DNA of 64,000 nucleotides, from positions 124,001 to 188,000 of the forward strand of contig JAVKOQ020000075.1 in NCBI GenBank assembly GCA_031835245.2. The letters are read 5' to 3'. The notes under the pieces were generated by a model, which was given only the letters and a program-made list of their open reading frames with translations, made no database searches and was not told where the DNA came from. Shown here piece by piece: positions 46,462 to 59,401 of the stretch. A program made the translations under genes and the position numbers. Within the stretch, counting starts at the first letter, position 1. Each line of letters starts with the position of its first letter. The DNA is from Balamuthia mandrillaris. Lineage: Eukaryota.

Positions 46462-48610
46462 ATGGAGGAGCGGGGAAAGACCGTTACTCGCTGGCTTGCC
46501 TGCTTGTGGTGTTTGCTATCCTGTCTTGGTGCGTTTTCCGTTTGTTCTTTTCTGTGTTTTTTGCTGTCTTCTTATTATTTTTTTTCCCTCGATCTTCGTC
46601 GACGTGAAAGCTGCCGCCGTGAGCGCATCACAAGGAATCGCTCACCCTCTCCGCGATGACTGCGCTTTGTGCGAGGAGCTTCTTCACATGGTGTAAGCAG
46701 TGAATCTTTCCTTCCTGTTTCTTCCTCTTCTCTTTCTCTCTCTCTCTCTCTTTGTGCTTTTGCGAAAACAAACACCTTTTTCTCGTTCAGCTCAGTGGAG
46801 AAGGCCGTTGCCTGCCCAACGCTCTGTGCTGAGATCTGGCCCGACTATGACTGCGGGTGGCTCTGTCGCCAACTGGACACTTTGATGGAGGCTGGCAGGA
46901 AGCCATGCTACGACATTGGCTACTGCAAAGAGCGAGAAAGGCGGCTGCAGAGAGAGAAGGAGGAAAAGGAGGAGCAAGAACGGAACAAACAAAGAATGGA
47001 GGCGGAGCAGCGAGAGCGGCAACAAATGGAAGAGCAGCAACGACGTGAGCATGAGTGGATAAACGATCTCAGAGAGGAGAGAAAGAAAGTGGAGAGGGAA
47101 AGAAAGGAAGTGGAAAGAGAGAAAGAGAAGCTGCGACGGGATAGAGAACTGCTGGAGGCGGAGAAAGCCAGATTTGAGCTGGAGAAAAAGCGATGGAGAG
47201 AACAAGAAGGAGCGACACCAACGGTGCAGCAGCAAACACAGCAGCCACGAGCGGAGGACCTGTTGGAGAAACTCAGACAAGAGCTGGAAAAGAAAGAGAA
47301 GGCGCTGTTAGAGCGACAACAAAGCGAGCGGGATAGAGAGGAGGAACAAAAACGCATCGACGAACAAAAGCGACGGGGAGAGGAGCAAAAACAACACAAG
47401 CAAAGAGAACAACAAAAACGAATAGAGGAACAACAGAAGCAATTGGAAGAACAACGCCAGCGAGAACTTGCGGAAAGACAAGCTTTTGAAGCCAAAGTTG
47501 ACGAACAATTTAAGCAAGGTTCGTTCATTCTTTACACCTGCCCTCTAACTGCAATGGTCGCTCACTCTCTTTAGAAAAGCTCCCTCTTCTACCATAACTC
47601 CAAACCAGAACACTCCCAAGCAACCTGTTCATGAGAAGACAGCTCCAAGAGAAGGAGGAGGATGGGCGAGACTGGCCTGTTTGGAGCTCGTTCGCTTTAG
47701 CAACCTTCTGTATATGGCCCTCTTCTTCCTGTTCCAAGTGATGACAGAGCATGTGCTAGTCAAGCTGCAATCTCACATAAACTACGCTGGGGATTGGAGA
47801 CGACAGATGCAGATGCTGGACCTTGGCTCAAAGGCTTGGAACATCAGCCGCTCGCTGGTGCTTTGCCTGTTGGGTAACCTGTGCCTACCCTCTGCTTACC
47901 TGCTCTTCTTGTACACACTCGGCTTTGGTCTGTCTTTGTCTTCTCTCAGTAAAGAAGAGCAGGAAGGCGCTCGAGCGCCAGCAAAGGTATCGGCAGTGGC
48001 CAGCGACTTTATGAACTTCTTCCTTGCTTGCGAGATGGGAAAGCGCCTCGGAATGATAGTAGCGGCTGCTTTGGACATACGCACTCTTTACCATACCTCG
48101 GCTGTGTCCTTCAATGACCTTACCGGCGAGACCAACCGTGCTTTCCTGCGCAAAGCGTTCATTCAGCTGCGTGACATTGTGGACAGCGTCCAGCTTTGCG
48201 CGTTGATGGTGATTATCGCCTTGTGGCCAAGCACCTCGTCATCTCCCCTCTGTTCCGAACTGGCTCTTTTGCTGTTAATTCTAGAGGTGGCGACCTTCCT
48301 CTACAACCTTCTCATGCTTTGTGGCATCGACCAGTTTATGCGGCTGGACACAGCCCGTGGCCTTTGCACCGTCATCACCATCGTCTCCTTGATCAACTTC
48401 CTGTTCACCCTCAACAGCTACCTCTTCGCCCACTCTTTAACGCCGCCGTTGTACTCCCCCACCTCCTTGAAGTGGTTGTGGTGGGCATCGCTCTATCTGC
48501 TCATTTCCGCACTGCACGAGGCCTACGCCAGTCTTCGGCCTTGCGCCCTGCAACTCTTGCGGACTTTCGGGTCTACAAGCCCGTCAACCAATAAAGCGAA
48601 GAGGATCTGA
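46462..48610 (+). CDS. Signal peptide + saposin-like Cys domain + charged coiled coil + multi-pass membrane domain
   Basis: CALC..CPTLC..CGWLC..PCYDIGYC; E/R/Q-rich helix; several hydrophobic segments in 47681-48610. Confidence 0.7.
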
Positions 48611-49083
48611 CCTTTTTTTGAAAAATGAGTGGTAGATCTTTTGTAAGCAAATCGGATCAAAACTTATAATTTTCAAACTCCGGATCTCTTCCCAGGTGCA
48701 CCAACCCTCGAGTGGAGACCGAGGGTTACCATGTCTGAGGGGTCGTTCCCCACTTAACCTCAATTCAAAAGAAGACGAATAGAAGAGAAAAACCACCAAA
48801 AAACTTCCGAGTAGAGAAAAAGCAACCTTCTTTTTTGCGTGGCCCGCGCCTTTCCTTTTTTGTCTTTGTGTGGCCCTCTTTGCCCCTTGCGCTTGGCCGA
48901 CCCTTCCTCCTCCGCCTCCGAACTTTCTTTCTGTGAAATACTTTATTTTTTTCGGGAGCTTTTTTGCATTTTCAAACGATATTGGATTGTTATAAGTACC
49001 CAACGAAAAAACTCCAAACCGCTTTTACCGGCCTGTAAACGAAAGAAACAAACAAACGATAAACAACGAAACCACCAACGACA

Positions 49084-49765
49084 ATGGCGAGCAGAACGGA
49101 GACCTATGAGGATGGCAGTACCTACACCGGCGAGTTTGCAGATGGCAAGAGACATGGCCAGGGTGAATATCGCTGGGCCAAATAAGTATCTCCACTTATT
49201 ATTATTACTGTTCGTTGTTGTTTTCTGGTTTATTTATTTTTTTTTAAAAAGTGTTGTCTTGTGTTGCATGGTTGCACTTCCTTCCAGCTTTACTAACGAA
49301 ACCTTTCTTCTCTCTCTCTCTCTCTCTTTTGCTCTTCCTGACAGCACTGGTGACAGGTACGACGGTCAGTGGAAAGAGGGCAAGCAAGAAGGACTGGGCA
49401 TGTGCTGCTACACCTCCGGCAACCGGTACGAGGGCGAGTGGAAGGACAACAAAAAACATGGCAAAGGAGTGTTCACGTGGGCGGACGGAGACCGCTACGA
49501 GGGAGAGTACTATGATGATGAGCAGGAGGGCTATGGCGTCTACACTTACGCCAACGGGGACCGCTATGATGGAGAATGGAAGAACGATTTGAAGCATGGG
49601 CAAGGAACTTTCACATGGAAGAGCGGCAACCGGTACAAAGGCGGATGGAAGGACGGCAAGCAGCATGGACCGGGCAAGTACAAAACGAAAGAAGGGCAAG
49701 TCACAAGAAGAGACTACGACCATGGCGAACTGAAGGGAGAGAACTCCACCTCTGACTCGGACTGA
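49084..49765 (+). CDS. MORN-repeat protein
   Basis: Tandem GDRYEGEWKDxKKHGxG repeats; one intron. Confidence 0.92.
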
Positions 49766-50033
49766 AAGACCTTTTATTTTACTTCCATGTGACACTAGTG
49801 ACCGGCAGCTTGCGCGACCGTAACAACGTTCGTTGGTCGTGGACTTATCTCCCATCGCCACTTGCGGGTATCGGCCTATTTTTTTTTTTTAACTTGTCGG
49901 TTGTTTGTACTTTTTGTGTTGGTGTGCGTGCTTTGTGTGCATGTATGTGGCAAAGTGAAAAACAAAAGCGAAAAACAAAAGCGAAAACTAAACTTTTGGA
50001 TGTATGTGTGTTATTCCGAGTAGAAAAAGAATC

Positions 50034-50072
<39 letters not shown>

Positions 50073-50123
50073 ACTTTGGTGTCGTGTGTTTACATCTTTG
50101 TACAAACGAAGTCAGCATCGATG

Positions 50124-50447
50124 CTATACAATGTAAGCTTTGATGACTTGCGTGATGGGTCCTCTACATACTGGGCACAATGCTGTGCGTTGGTGTAACT
50201 GCTTTGCACACTGTACGCACATGCACAAGTGACCACACGGCAACACCAATGCGTCCTTAGCCTATTGAAGATACAGAACAAAAGGGTAGCGAAAGAAAAC
50301 AAAAGATATTAGATGATACCAAGTAGCCTCTGCTCAACATCACACGTACCCCTTCCATGCATATGCAGCACGTAGAGTTCTCATCTTTGTCTTTGTTGCT
50401 TGGCTGTGCTCGTTGATCTTGTGAAAGCGGAGAGCCATGAGTTAAGC

Positions 50448-50487
<40 letters not shown>

Positions 50488-51315
50488 TAGAACTTCAGTG
50501 ACGTAGTCAGAAGGAAATGAACCAAGCTGATGGCTAGGGTCAACCCCAAACCACCATCCTGACTCGAACTTTTTCAGCACGTGCAGCTGCATTCCTACTG
50601 AAAGGGCAAGGTTTTCCTCTGTTTCCTTTCTAAAGTCAAAGTTGCTGACGCACCGACGAGGCACCCCTTGTATTCTGTTGATATTCCATACCATGGTGAA
50701 AGAATCCGAGTATGAGATAATAGAATGTCTTCAACGTAAAGGGCGAGACAGCTGGTTGCTTTCGCACTTACATCCGTTCCATGAAAGCAGAGCTTTCCTC
50801 CCGAGAATGAAAACAAAGGCCCACCAGTTTTTCTAGCGAAGTTCAGCAGTATAAGTGGCAGGTGTGGAACAAAAAATCAGAGGGTTAAAAAGCAAAAAAG
50901 GTACTCGTTTTGGAGTCAAAGTGACGGCCCCACAGAGCATAATAACGGGAGCTATCTTTGGCTCGCCGCAGGTTGTGAGCCTTCCCGCTGAATATGGTCT
51001 TTCCAATAACCTTGCCCACTATTTCGGATACCTCCAACCTTGGTCCTTCCAACACGCGGATAAACATTTTGGTGGTAAACAACCCCCATGTAGCAGCCCT
51101 TTTGAAAGTTAAGTTTGTCATAAAGAAGCATCACTAGTAAGGAATGAGCTATAATAACGCTAAAGACTAGTTTAGAGTTTGTTTGAATGGAAGAAGGGTT
51201 GGAATTACACCAAAGAGTCACGCGGAATGTCTTCCTTTATCCAGCACTTGAACAAAGAGGAAGGGACCTTTGTGTCTCTCGGCGGCATTGCTGTCGCTGT
51301 CCTCGCACGTTCCAT
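50124..51315 (-). CDS. SH3 domain + C-terminal RING (C3HC4) protein; start tentative
   Basis: NFDF..ENLAL..SGWWFG..GSFPSDYV; CCICMEG|..LPCGHLCMCVQCA..CPVCRGPI. Confidence 0.82.
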
Positions 51316-51429
51316 TTCTTCTCTCTCTTTTCCGCCTTTGTATTCCGCTTTTTTCGAATTTTCGCTCATCGATTATTGTCTACATAAAATCAAGCAAAAA
51401 AAAAGTAGCGAAGAAGAAGAGGAAAAAAA

Positions 51430-51734
51430 ATGGTGAACGCCACCGAAGTCGTTTTGCTTTCTTGGTGCGTTTGGCCCTCCCCTCCTCTTCCATCCTTTCC
51501 CCTCCCCCTCTCTATGTACTTTTTGTATCCTGCTAACGGTTCGATTGCAGCGATCCTTCTCTGAAACAATATTTGCTGCTGGTGGACAAAGAACATCATT
51601 TTATCATCAAAGATCTGGATGAGACCCATTTGTTGGTGCTGCCCACCGCCACCAAATTTTTGCAAGAAAAGTTGGACGAGCTGCATGACGAAAACACATA
51701 TCTCCCTGTTGAAGCTCAGATGAATCCGTCTTAA
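51430..51734 (+). CDS. GTF2H5: TFIIH subunit Tfb5/p8
   Basis: Spliced MVNATEVVLLSC|DPSLKQYLLLVD..FIIKDLDETHLLV; two exons, so it is absent from the ORF track. Confidence 0.9.
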
Positions 51735-51828
51735 AAAAACAGTAACAAAGCAGCCATTTATTTCTTTTGTACAAATCGATCGCTACTTTTTCTTCTGAAC
51801 GTACTCTCTCTCTCTCTCTCTCTTCTTT

Positions 51829-53873
51829 TTATTCGTAAAGAGGGTTTTCTCTGACGTTGGGTGAAGCCTCATAGAGAATGTTGGTGTGAGCCACGGAAGT
51901 ATCCCTATCGAAAGCAGTGGTGGCCGGCTGAGCGCGCGCCCGTCCCCGCAGCACAAAGAACGCGATCAGAGCTGCCAGAAGCGCCAAGAGCAGCGTCAGG
52001 CCGACAAAGCCACCCACTATGCCGCCCACCAAAGGAGCTACATCATCGTCGTCGTCGTCATGATGGTGGTCATGGTGTTCCTGTTCGTGATGGTCGACAC
52101 TGCCTCCATCGACTACCACCGGAACGAACAAACACTCGCACGTGTTCTCATCCAAGTAAAAGCGTCCTCCCTGTTTTTCTGGGTCTTGCAGCTGCCTATC
52201 CCTGCACTGCTCGAACATCCTTCGAGGGCAAGCGCAGACGCAACGACCGTTGCCAGCACGATCTGCAGTGGGTTCCTTTGGCGGTTGGCATGTTGGTGTT
52301 TGTCGCTTCTTTTCTTGTACTTCTTCGCAGGAAGATGGTGGAGCTACAGTGGAACAGGAGCAAGTATTCCAATCCCACCACTTGGCATCATCGTTGCCAC
52401 CAGTACCGCAGCTATCGGGATCAACGCCATTCGTCCAGGCGTACTGACAGCGACCATCTACCCCACAGGAAGATCGTCTGCAAGGCAAATGACCGCAACC
52501 CATGATTGCTTGGCTCCTTTCGGCGTGGATGGACACCGAGTCCGGTCCCACGCAGAACTGCTCAAATTTGTCATTGGGGAACGTGCCCTGGTTGTCATCT
52601 CCCACAACGGAAAAGTAAGAGCGAGCGGGATAGTTCTCGTAACCGAATGGCACTGCAGGTGACAATGGGCTCGGTGACGTCAAGTCTATCGAGCTGCTAA
52701 AGTTCCAGTTGCCACTTCCTCTACGGTGCAAGCCGTCGAGGCAACCGTGCAAAAGCATGATGGTGTTGGTGCTGAGATCTCCTCCTCGCGACGGGTCGCA
52801 GTTGGGTGAGTTCATACATTCTTCCACTGTCAAATCCCTCGTCAAGTAAAATGTTCCTGCGTTGATGCCATCCCCTGCCGGTTGGCAGCAGACGTTGTTA
52901 CTGGTGGACGTCTCAGGCGAACACACCCAGGAGGATACGCTGCTCATTCCTATTTGGTGGAACATTCCTCCATCGTTCTCCAACTCTGGGTAAGCACACA
53001 ATTCTCCTTCAACACATGCTGCCCTAGCTATTGTTTAACAAAACACAAAAAAAAAAAAAATCAGAATTTAGTATCACTCCTTTTCCACAACAGACGATAG
53101 AAGAGAAAGCGATACCTGGCAACATATACTGTTTAGTAGCTCGGGGTCCACCTACGTTATCGCTGTCTTTGATCATGACGACTTGGTAGCCAGCAATACC
53201 TTGCTCCGTGGCCATGAGGTATGGCACCTTCGCTCCTGTCTGCACCTCATAATTGGGATGGACGGGGCGACCCTCTCTGTTGCATCTGTTGCTTATGAGG
53301 AAGAACGCGCTCTCATCCTTTTTTTTTTTTTTTGACAAAACAAAGGTAAATGATAATTCCACTACGAACAAGCGCAAAGAGAGGAGAACCATTTGTGTGT
53401 CACAGCTATCGGTCAATGTATCTGTTTTCAACGTGTAAAAGCCGGAACGTTCTATTCCCGTCAACTTTCTGCCGAGTATCAACAGCAAACAAAAGAGGTT
53501 AGTATCAAAGAATGAGCGATGATGATGAATGAGAGAGAGAGAGAAAACAAGTAAACTAAAAACAGTACCCAACAGCGATGGGCGAATAATGGCTGGTGGC
53601 CGAAAACTCTCGCTCAGTGTAAGGCCTGCTCGCTGACCTCCACAACCTAAGAGCGCGAACTTCCTCTTCACCATATTCTTCCGGCTCGCACTCCCGCCAC
53701 GGGCAGTAAGGGTCACCACCGATGAGCGGGTCCACTCCCCGTTGCGCCAACGTTTCCGTTGGGGCCATGGCCAACAATGCCAACACCACCAAAGCAGAAG
53801 CGACCAACAGCCTCCTTCCCCAACAACAGCATTCCCTGTTGCGAGAAACGTAGCGAGAGCGATGATGTTGCAT
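51829..53873 (-). CDS. Cys-rich type I membrane protein with NPxY tail
   Basis: Signal peptide, many Cys, TM VGGIVGGFVGLTLLLALLAALIAFFVL, tail ..NILYE..NPLYE*. Confidence 0.8.
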
Positions 53874-54536
53874 CTCTCTTTGTTTTGTTTTGTGTTTGTT
53901 GTTGTCACTTTTTTTTGTTGGTTGTTGTTGTTGAAGAGAAAGAAGTTTGCTGGGTTTTTGTAGTCGGTTTGACGTTAATATTTCCAGCAAAAATGAACAA
54001 AAGTGTCAAAAACTATTGTATGAAGGAAGGCAAGCCTCCTCCCCTCCCCCTCCTCCCTCCTCTTTGCGTATTTCCTAATTGCTGGCGAGGGCAGAGGATA
54101 GGTCTATCTCCACCTACCTTAACCCCACTGACATACAAGTTGTAGCCCTCTTCTCCGTTGTTCTCCTCTCCTCTCCTCTCTTTTTTTTTTTTTCGTTGGA
54201 GGGACTCTTTTTTTTGACGAGTTGGGCTCGTTCCACAAGCAAGCGGTGGTTACTCTGATTGCTATCGCAGAGACCGCCTTGGTTTGGCCGTTTTCGTTTG
54301 TCAACAACGGGTGGATGATGGTCGTTCTTTCTTCCTTCCAAACGAAAGGCAAAGAACTTAGGGGCCCATTCTTTGATGGTAACGCTGCCTGTATTCTTGC
54401 TGAGATTTCTCCTCAGTTTTCCAGCCAAGTTTCGCGGGCAAAACTCGTTTTCACAATTTATATTTGTAGACATTACTTCCCCTTTTAAAAATTATTCCTC
54501 CTGCTTTTCCGGTATGGTACATTTGTTGATGATGCA

Positions 54537-54875
54537 TTACACCATGATGCATCCACTTCTGCCTTTATCTTTTCTGGAGGGAGTGGCAGAATCCCTCATG
54601 TCGGCGCTGCTGCTGCTGCCACCCCCACCGCCGCTCGCCACAGAGGCGGCCACGTTTGCTGCGGCTTGGAAGATGGCGCCTAGCCCGGTTTGTGTCTTAG
54701 CGGAACACTCATAGTACCTTTTGTTTATATTGGATGGTGTGAGAAGAAACATAAAGAAACAACGAAGAAAAAGGCTTGGTAGAATACCCGCAAGCACCAA
54801 TCTCATCGGCCAAGGCTTTGCCCTTTTGTTTGTTAGAGAAACCAAGGAGAGAGTGAGGGTGAGAGAGGAGAGAGG

Positions 54876-54921
<46 letters not shown>

Positions 54922-55747
54922 ATAAAGATCACATATCCAAATAGAAAGGCAGCTATAAGTGCCACTGTACCTGTTTGGTGGTGATAGGCTTTAAACCTTG
55001 TTTGGCCAACATCTTTACAGCTGCGTCGTCGTCACGCAAATCAATCTTTGTACCGACCAACAGAAACGGCTTTCCTTCTACATGTACCGCCATTTCGTCT
55101 TTCCACTGTCCATAACGAATGTAAGGAAGGAGAAGGAGAAGGAGAAGGAGAAGGAGAAGGAGAAGGAGAAGGAGAAGGAGAAGGAGAAGGAGAAGGAGAA
55201 GGAGAAGGAGAAGGAGAAGGAGAAGGAGAAGGAGAAGGAGAAGGAGAAGGAGAAGGAGAAGGAGAAGGAGAAGGATAAAGCGAAGAGGAAAAATAGACAG
55301 GAGAGCGAGAAAGGGGAAGTAGATCAACAAACCCTGGTAGTGACACCGTCAAAAGCCTCGTGAGTAGGAGAGACCACAGAGAAACAAACTATGAAAACAT
55401 GTCCACCAGGATAAAACAAAGCTCTCATCCGGTCAAAGTCCTCAGAACCAGCAGTGTCCCAAATACTCAGCTTAAACTTTTGTTTGCCCACTTGAAATAC
55501 CTTGAAGTAGTTCTCAAAGACAGTGGGCACGTATTCCTCAGGGAAGGTCCCTTTCATGTAGGTGATCAGCATGCACGTCTTCCCTATTTCGTTGTGGCAC
55601 ATAAAAAGGATTAACTTTGAACTCCGCTTGTTCGAGAAAGAAAGAGTTGCATCTCAGTGGTCAAACGAAAAAAATAAAAGGATTGTTTTTTTTTGTTTGT
55701 TTACCTACAGCAGCATCACCAACTACCACGCACTTGAGGGCCTTCAT
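54537..55747 (-). CDS. Rho/Rac-family small GTPase, atypical
   Basis: KCVVVGDAAVG|KT, YVPTVFENY, WDTAGSED, LVGTKIDLR, YYECSAKTQ, CAAX CIMV. Confidence 0.92.
55125..55275. repeat. (GAAGGA)n microsatellite in a Rho gene intron
   Basis: Perfect hexamer tandem array of ~150 bp. Confidence 0.95.
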
Positions 55748-55962
55748 TGTTTTTCTACAGCTTAAAAAACCACCCAAGAGAGAGAGAGTTCGAACGCTAG
55801 AGAAGGGACCCAGTTGCTGTTCTACGCCCCCCTCTTTTCTGTTTCCTGTAACGCAACTCAAAAAAAAAATAAAAAAAAATAAAAAAAATAAAAAAATGCA
55901 CAACACAAAAAAGCGACTTTACAGAAACTTTACAAAAGAGGTGACTATACAGGAACCGCCTA

Positions 55963-56381
55963 CTACCTCTGTTTCTCTCGTTCTTTGTCTGGCTCACGAA
56001 CGATGGTGACCGTGTTGTCCGGGCACTTGGTCATCACGGACTGGCTGGCTGAGCCCAACACGAATCTTTGAGGAGGGGGACGACAAAGAAAAAAAGGGGG
56101 GGTGAGAGGCCTGAGCGAAAGGGAAGGGGGCGAGAAGGCGGGCGAAGGAGGAAAAAATAATAGAAAGGAGGGAAGACCTTTCGGCTAGGGAGGTGTTCTC
56201 TCTTCTTCCCATGACGACGCTCCTTGCGCCTTTCTCGCGGGCGTACTTGCACACGGTTTCGCCAAAGGAACGCGCCCCTCCTGACAGAAAGTACATGAAG
56301 CCGCACTCTCTCTTTTGAACGTGATCACAAAGCAAAGGTCAGTGCTACTTCGTCTTTATGTAAGAACAAACCCCCCAAAAA

Positions 56382-56473
<92 letters not shown>

Positions 56474-56822
56474 GCAAACAACAAAAGCGCACGTTGTTTT
56501 GTTCACACTTTTGACGGCACTCAGCCTCCAGCTCCTTCCTTTTGTCCTGAACACTGTAGGAAGGGTTCGATGAGTCACTGGCTAGGCTGCGAAGGGTCAT
56601 GTTCTGGGGCAGCAGGGAGGGCCTCTCCATGCCGTACATCAGGATAAAGGAGTGGTGGGCGGGGAAGTTGTCAAAGGCCCAGGCGAGGGCCGCCTCGCTC
56701 TCCCTGCTGCCATTCACGCAGACCACATGGGAGGGACCCTTGGGTTGGAAGGGCTTCTCCTCTCTTGCCCCCTCCCACTCCCAGTCCATCGCCATTTGCT
56801 CCATCACCACTGGATCACTCAT
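55963..56822 (-). CDS. Universal stress protein (UspA-like)
   Basis: VVCVNGSRESEAALAWA, GETVCKYA..VVMGRR, FVLGSASQSVMTKC..VTIVR. Confidence 0.85.
56381..56472. repeat. (AAAG)n microsatellite in a USP gene intron
   Basis: Tetramer tandem array. Confidence 0.95.
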
Positions 56823-57174
56823 TCTTGGGTTGAGACAAACTTTTTGATGGTTGTCCTCTCTTTGGTGTTTTGCTTTTTATATAATTCGGTAAAAAAAACC
56901 CATTTTTTTTTTGTGTGTGTGTGTGGGATGGGTGTTGACTTGATGAGCGATGGTTCATCTTTGAAAACTACCCAATAAGAGAGAGGAAAGGGCAGCGCCC
57001 TTTCCTCTCGATGTAAACAATGGGCGAAACGTCATCGGTATTGGTTGTACCGCTCGTCGCGTCACGCCACCAACGAAACCCGTGGGAAAAATACAGAAAA
57101 TCGCAAGAAAACAAGCAGATAATTGACTATTTTAGTCCTCTTTTTTTTTTTCTTGGAACTTCAAAAAATAAAAT

Positions 57175-59230
57175 TTAAACGGTCTGGTAGTCGCCCCTCT
57201 TGCGGGCCATGATGACGACGAGGCCAATGACGCAAAAGGCCAGCACGGCCACAAAGACCCAGCCAACAACGACGGCGGCCACGAGGGAGTCCACCTCCTT
57301 CTCGTTGCCCTTGGAAGGGCGAATGGGGATGGGTGGCGAGGCACAGTCCTGGTTGGTGAAGTTGAAGTTGATGTCCACTGGTGGGTGAGGGATTATGGTG
57401 TCTGCTGCGGCTAAACCAATTACACATGCCAACAAAGGAGCACCCGCAGAACCTTTAGTTGTTGTTCATTTTTTTTTTTTTTTGTTGATGGTAAATAAAT
57501 AAATGACAAGGAAAGGCGGGAATACTAAAAGCAGAAAGAAGCACAAACCTTCACCATCACAGCCAGCGCCTTGACCGTGATCGAATCCGGTGGTGATGAT
57601 AAGAGAGCGTCCAATGATGGAGTCGATGCTGTCTACCCAGTCATCCACATAACGATACCAGGCCACACCCTTAGAGTCGTATGTTTGGATGTTACCCAGG
57701 TCTCCAATCATGCGGGGGTAAGTTCCTGGCAGTGCGTGGCTGGAGCTGTATGGATTGAAAATGTTGCCTGTGGAAGTTGCGCTGTTCAGGCTTAAATCTC
57801 CCGCCTTGTTATATAAACAAAAAAACCAATAAACAATGTGAGTAACGTATCCACTCGAAAGAACAGCAGCGTTCAAACCACTAAGAATAACAGTAGAACA
57901 ACAACAAAAAAAAGAAAAAGAGAAGAGGAGGGACCGGAAAGAAAGAAACGTACGGTGCCGATGTGGATGCCATGCACGCTTCCATTTGTGAGGCCTTGAG
58001 GGATTTGGACGGTTATTTCTACATCAGCGTCTGAGTTCTTTTATGTAGAGCGACAGCGATTTCGAATTAATTAGAAAAACAATAAAGAGCAAAGTAGTCG
58101 TGCGGAACAAAATACAAACCCTGGACAGGAAATAAGCCACACCATTACAGGTTCCGTTGCAGGCAGAGGTGCCATTCAATGCGCAAATTGCCTTCAACGT
58201 GCCAACGTTGCCTATGATTGCCAAAAAAAACATATGTTAGAGCAGGCAGCAAACAAAGAGAATGAGAACGCACCAGACTCAGCGCGGTTAAGGAATGAAT
58301 CCGAAATGCCAATGACGCATTGTCCAAGGATGTCGCCGAGGTTAGGGTTCGCGCTGCAGTCATCGTGTTTGGAATAAAGAACTATAGAATGACCGATGAC
58401 AGAATTGGGTCCTTGCAAGGTAAGTTGGTTATATGTTTGAGACTGCAAGATAGATTTGTCTACTCTTGTCCAATTTCCCTGTTGGGATTGAGTTTGTGAG
58501 CTGAATGCATTATCCTGAAAGTTTCTCTCTTTCTCTGCGTCTTTCTTTCCTCAATCCTGTGTGTGTTATGCCTGTTCCTCACATAAGAGGGAAACGTTAC
58601 CAAAGCGCCGTCGGGTCGGGCGTCAGGAGGGCAGGCATGAGTGGTGCTACCGCCGCCAACAAACTCGCCGCCAGTGTTATTGCCGGTCGGATCTGCGATA
58701 TCTCCAAACTGTTGTTTTTTTTTTGTTCAATAAGAAGCCGAGCAGAGGAAAAATGCCACCAGTAAAACAAACGAGTACACCAAAGCAGAAAGAAAAGCAA
58801 ACCTCACGAATGGACATAGCATACGCGGCAGAGGCGGAATCGGCAAAAAGAAGTTGAGCGGTGATGTTGACACCTAGCTAATCAACGAGAAGAAAAATGA
58901 GTTTAGGGTTGCGAAAAATAAAAACAATTCAAGAGAGGCAAAAGACCAACAAATAAAACGTACAGAAGCCGTAGCGTTTATTGTGTACAAGGTTACCAAG
59001 CCACCACTGAAGCCCGCCGCCTTTCCAGCAGTAGTAGGAATCATTCTACAAGTAGCAGTCACTTTTCGTACAGTCAAAAAATCAATCAAATGAGTCCGTC
59101 GTAACAACAAATACAAAAAAACACACCACGTACATTCCCACTTTCGTGCCTCACATGGCAGAACAAACAACCAAGCAGCCACCACACAACAAATCGCCAC
59201 CACAAAAACGGCTCTTCCGTCGGTCCTCAT
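57175..59230 (-). CDS. Membrane-anchored protein with two degenerate Cu/Zn-SOD-fold domains
   Basis: Signal peptide; GPNSVIGHSIVL..DD..LGQCVIG; HGIHI..GDLS..FNP..IGDLGNI..SIIGRSLII..LACVIG; C-terminal TM and YQTV*. Confidence 0.82.
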
Positions 59231-59401
59231 CTTCTTCTTCTTCTTCTTCCTGCCCTAGTAATAGAAGTGCTTCTACTCCCACCGCCGCCGCTACCCGCTT
59301 TTTTTTTTCGCCCTCCCCCGTCACTTTCTTCACATTCCGAATGCATTTCCCACCTTAAATTAGTCCAGGTGATCGACGCTGATCTTGCACCGCTAAACCA
59401 C

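Noticed and set aside
54953..55363. Poly-Leu, poly-EK, poly-PS and poly-EG ORFs
   Set aside because: Translation artefacts of the intronic (GAAGGA)n microsatellite.
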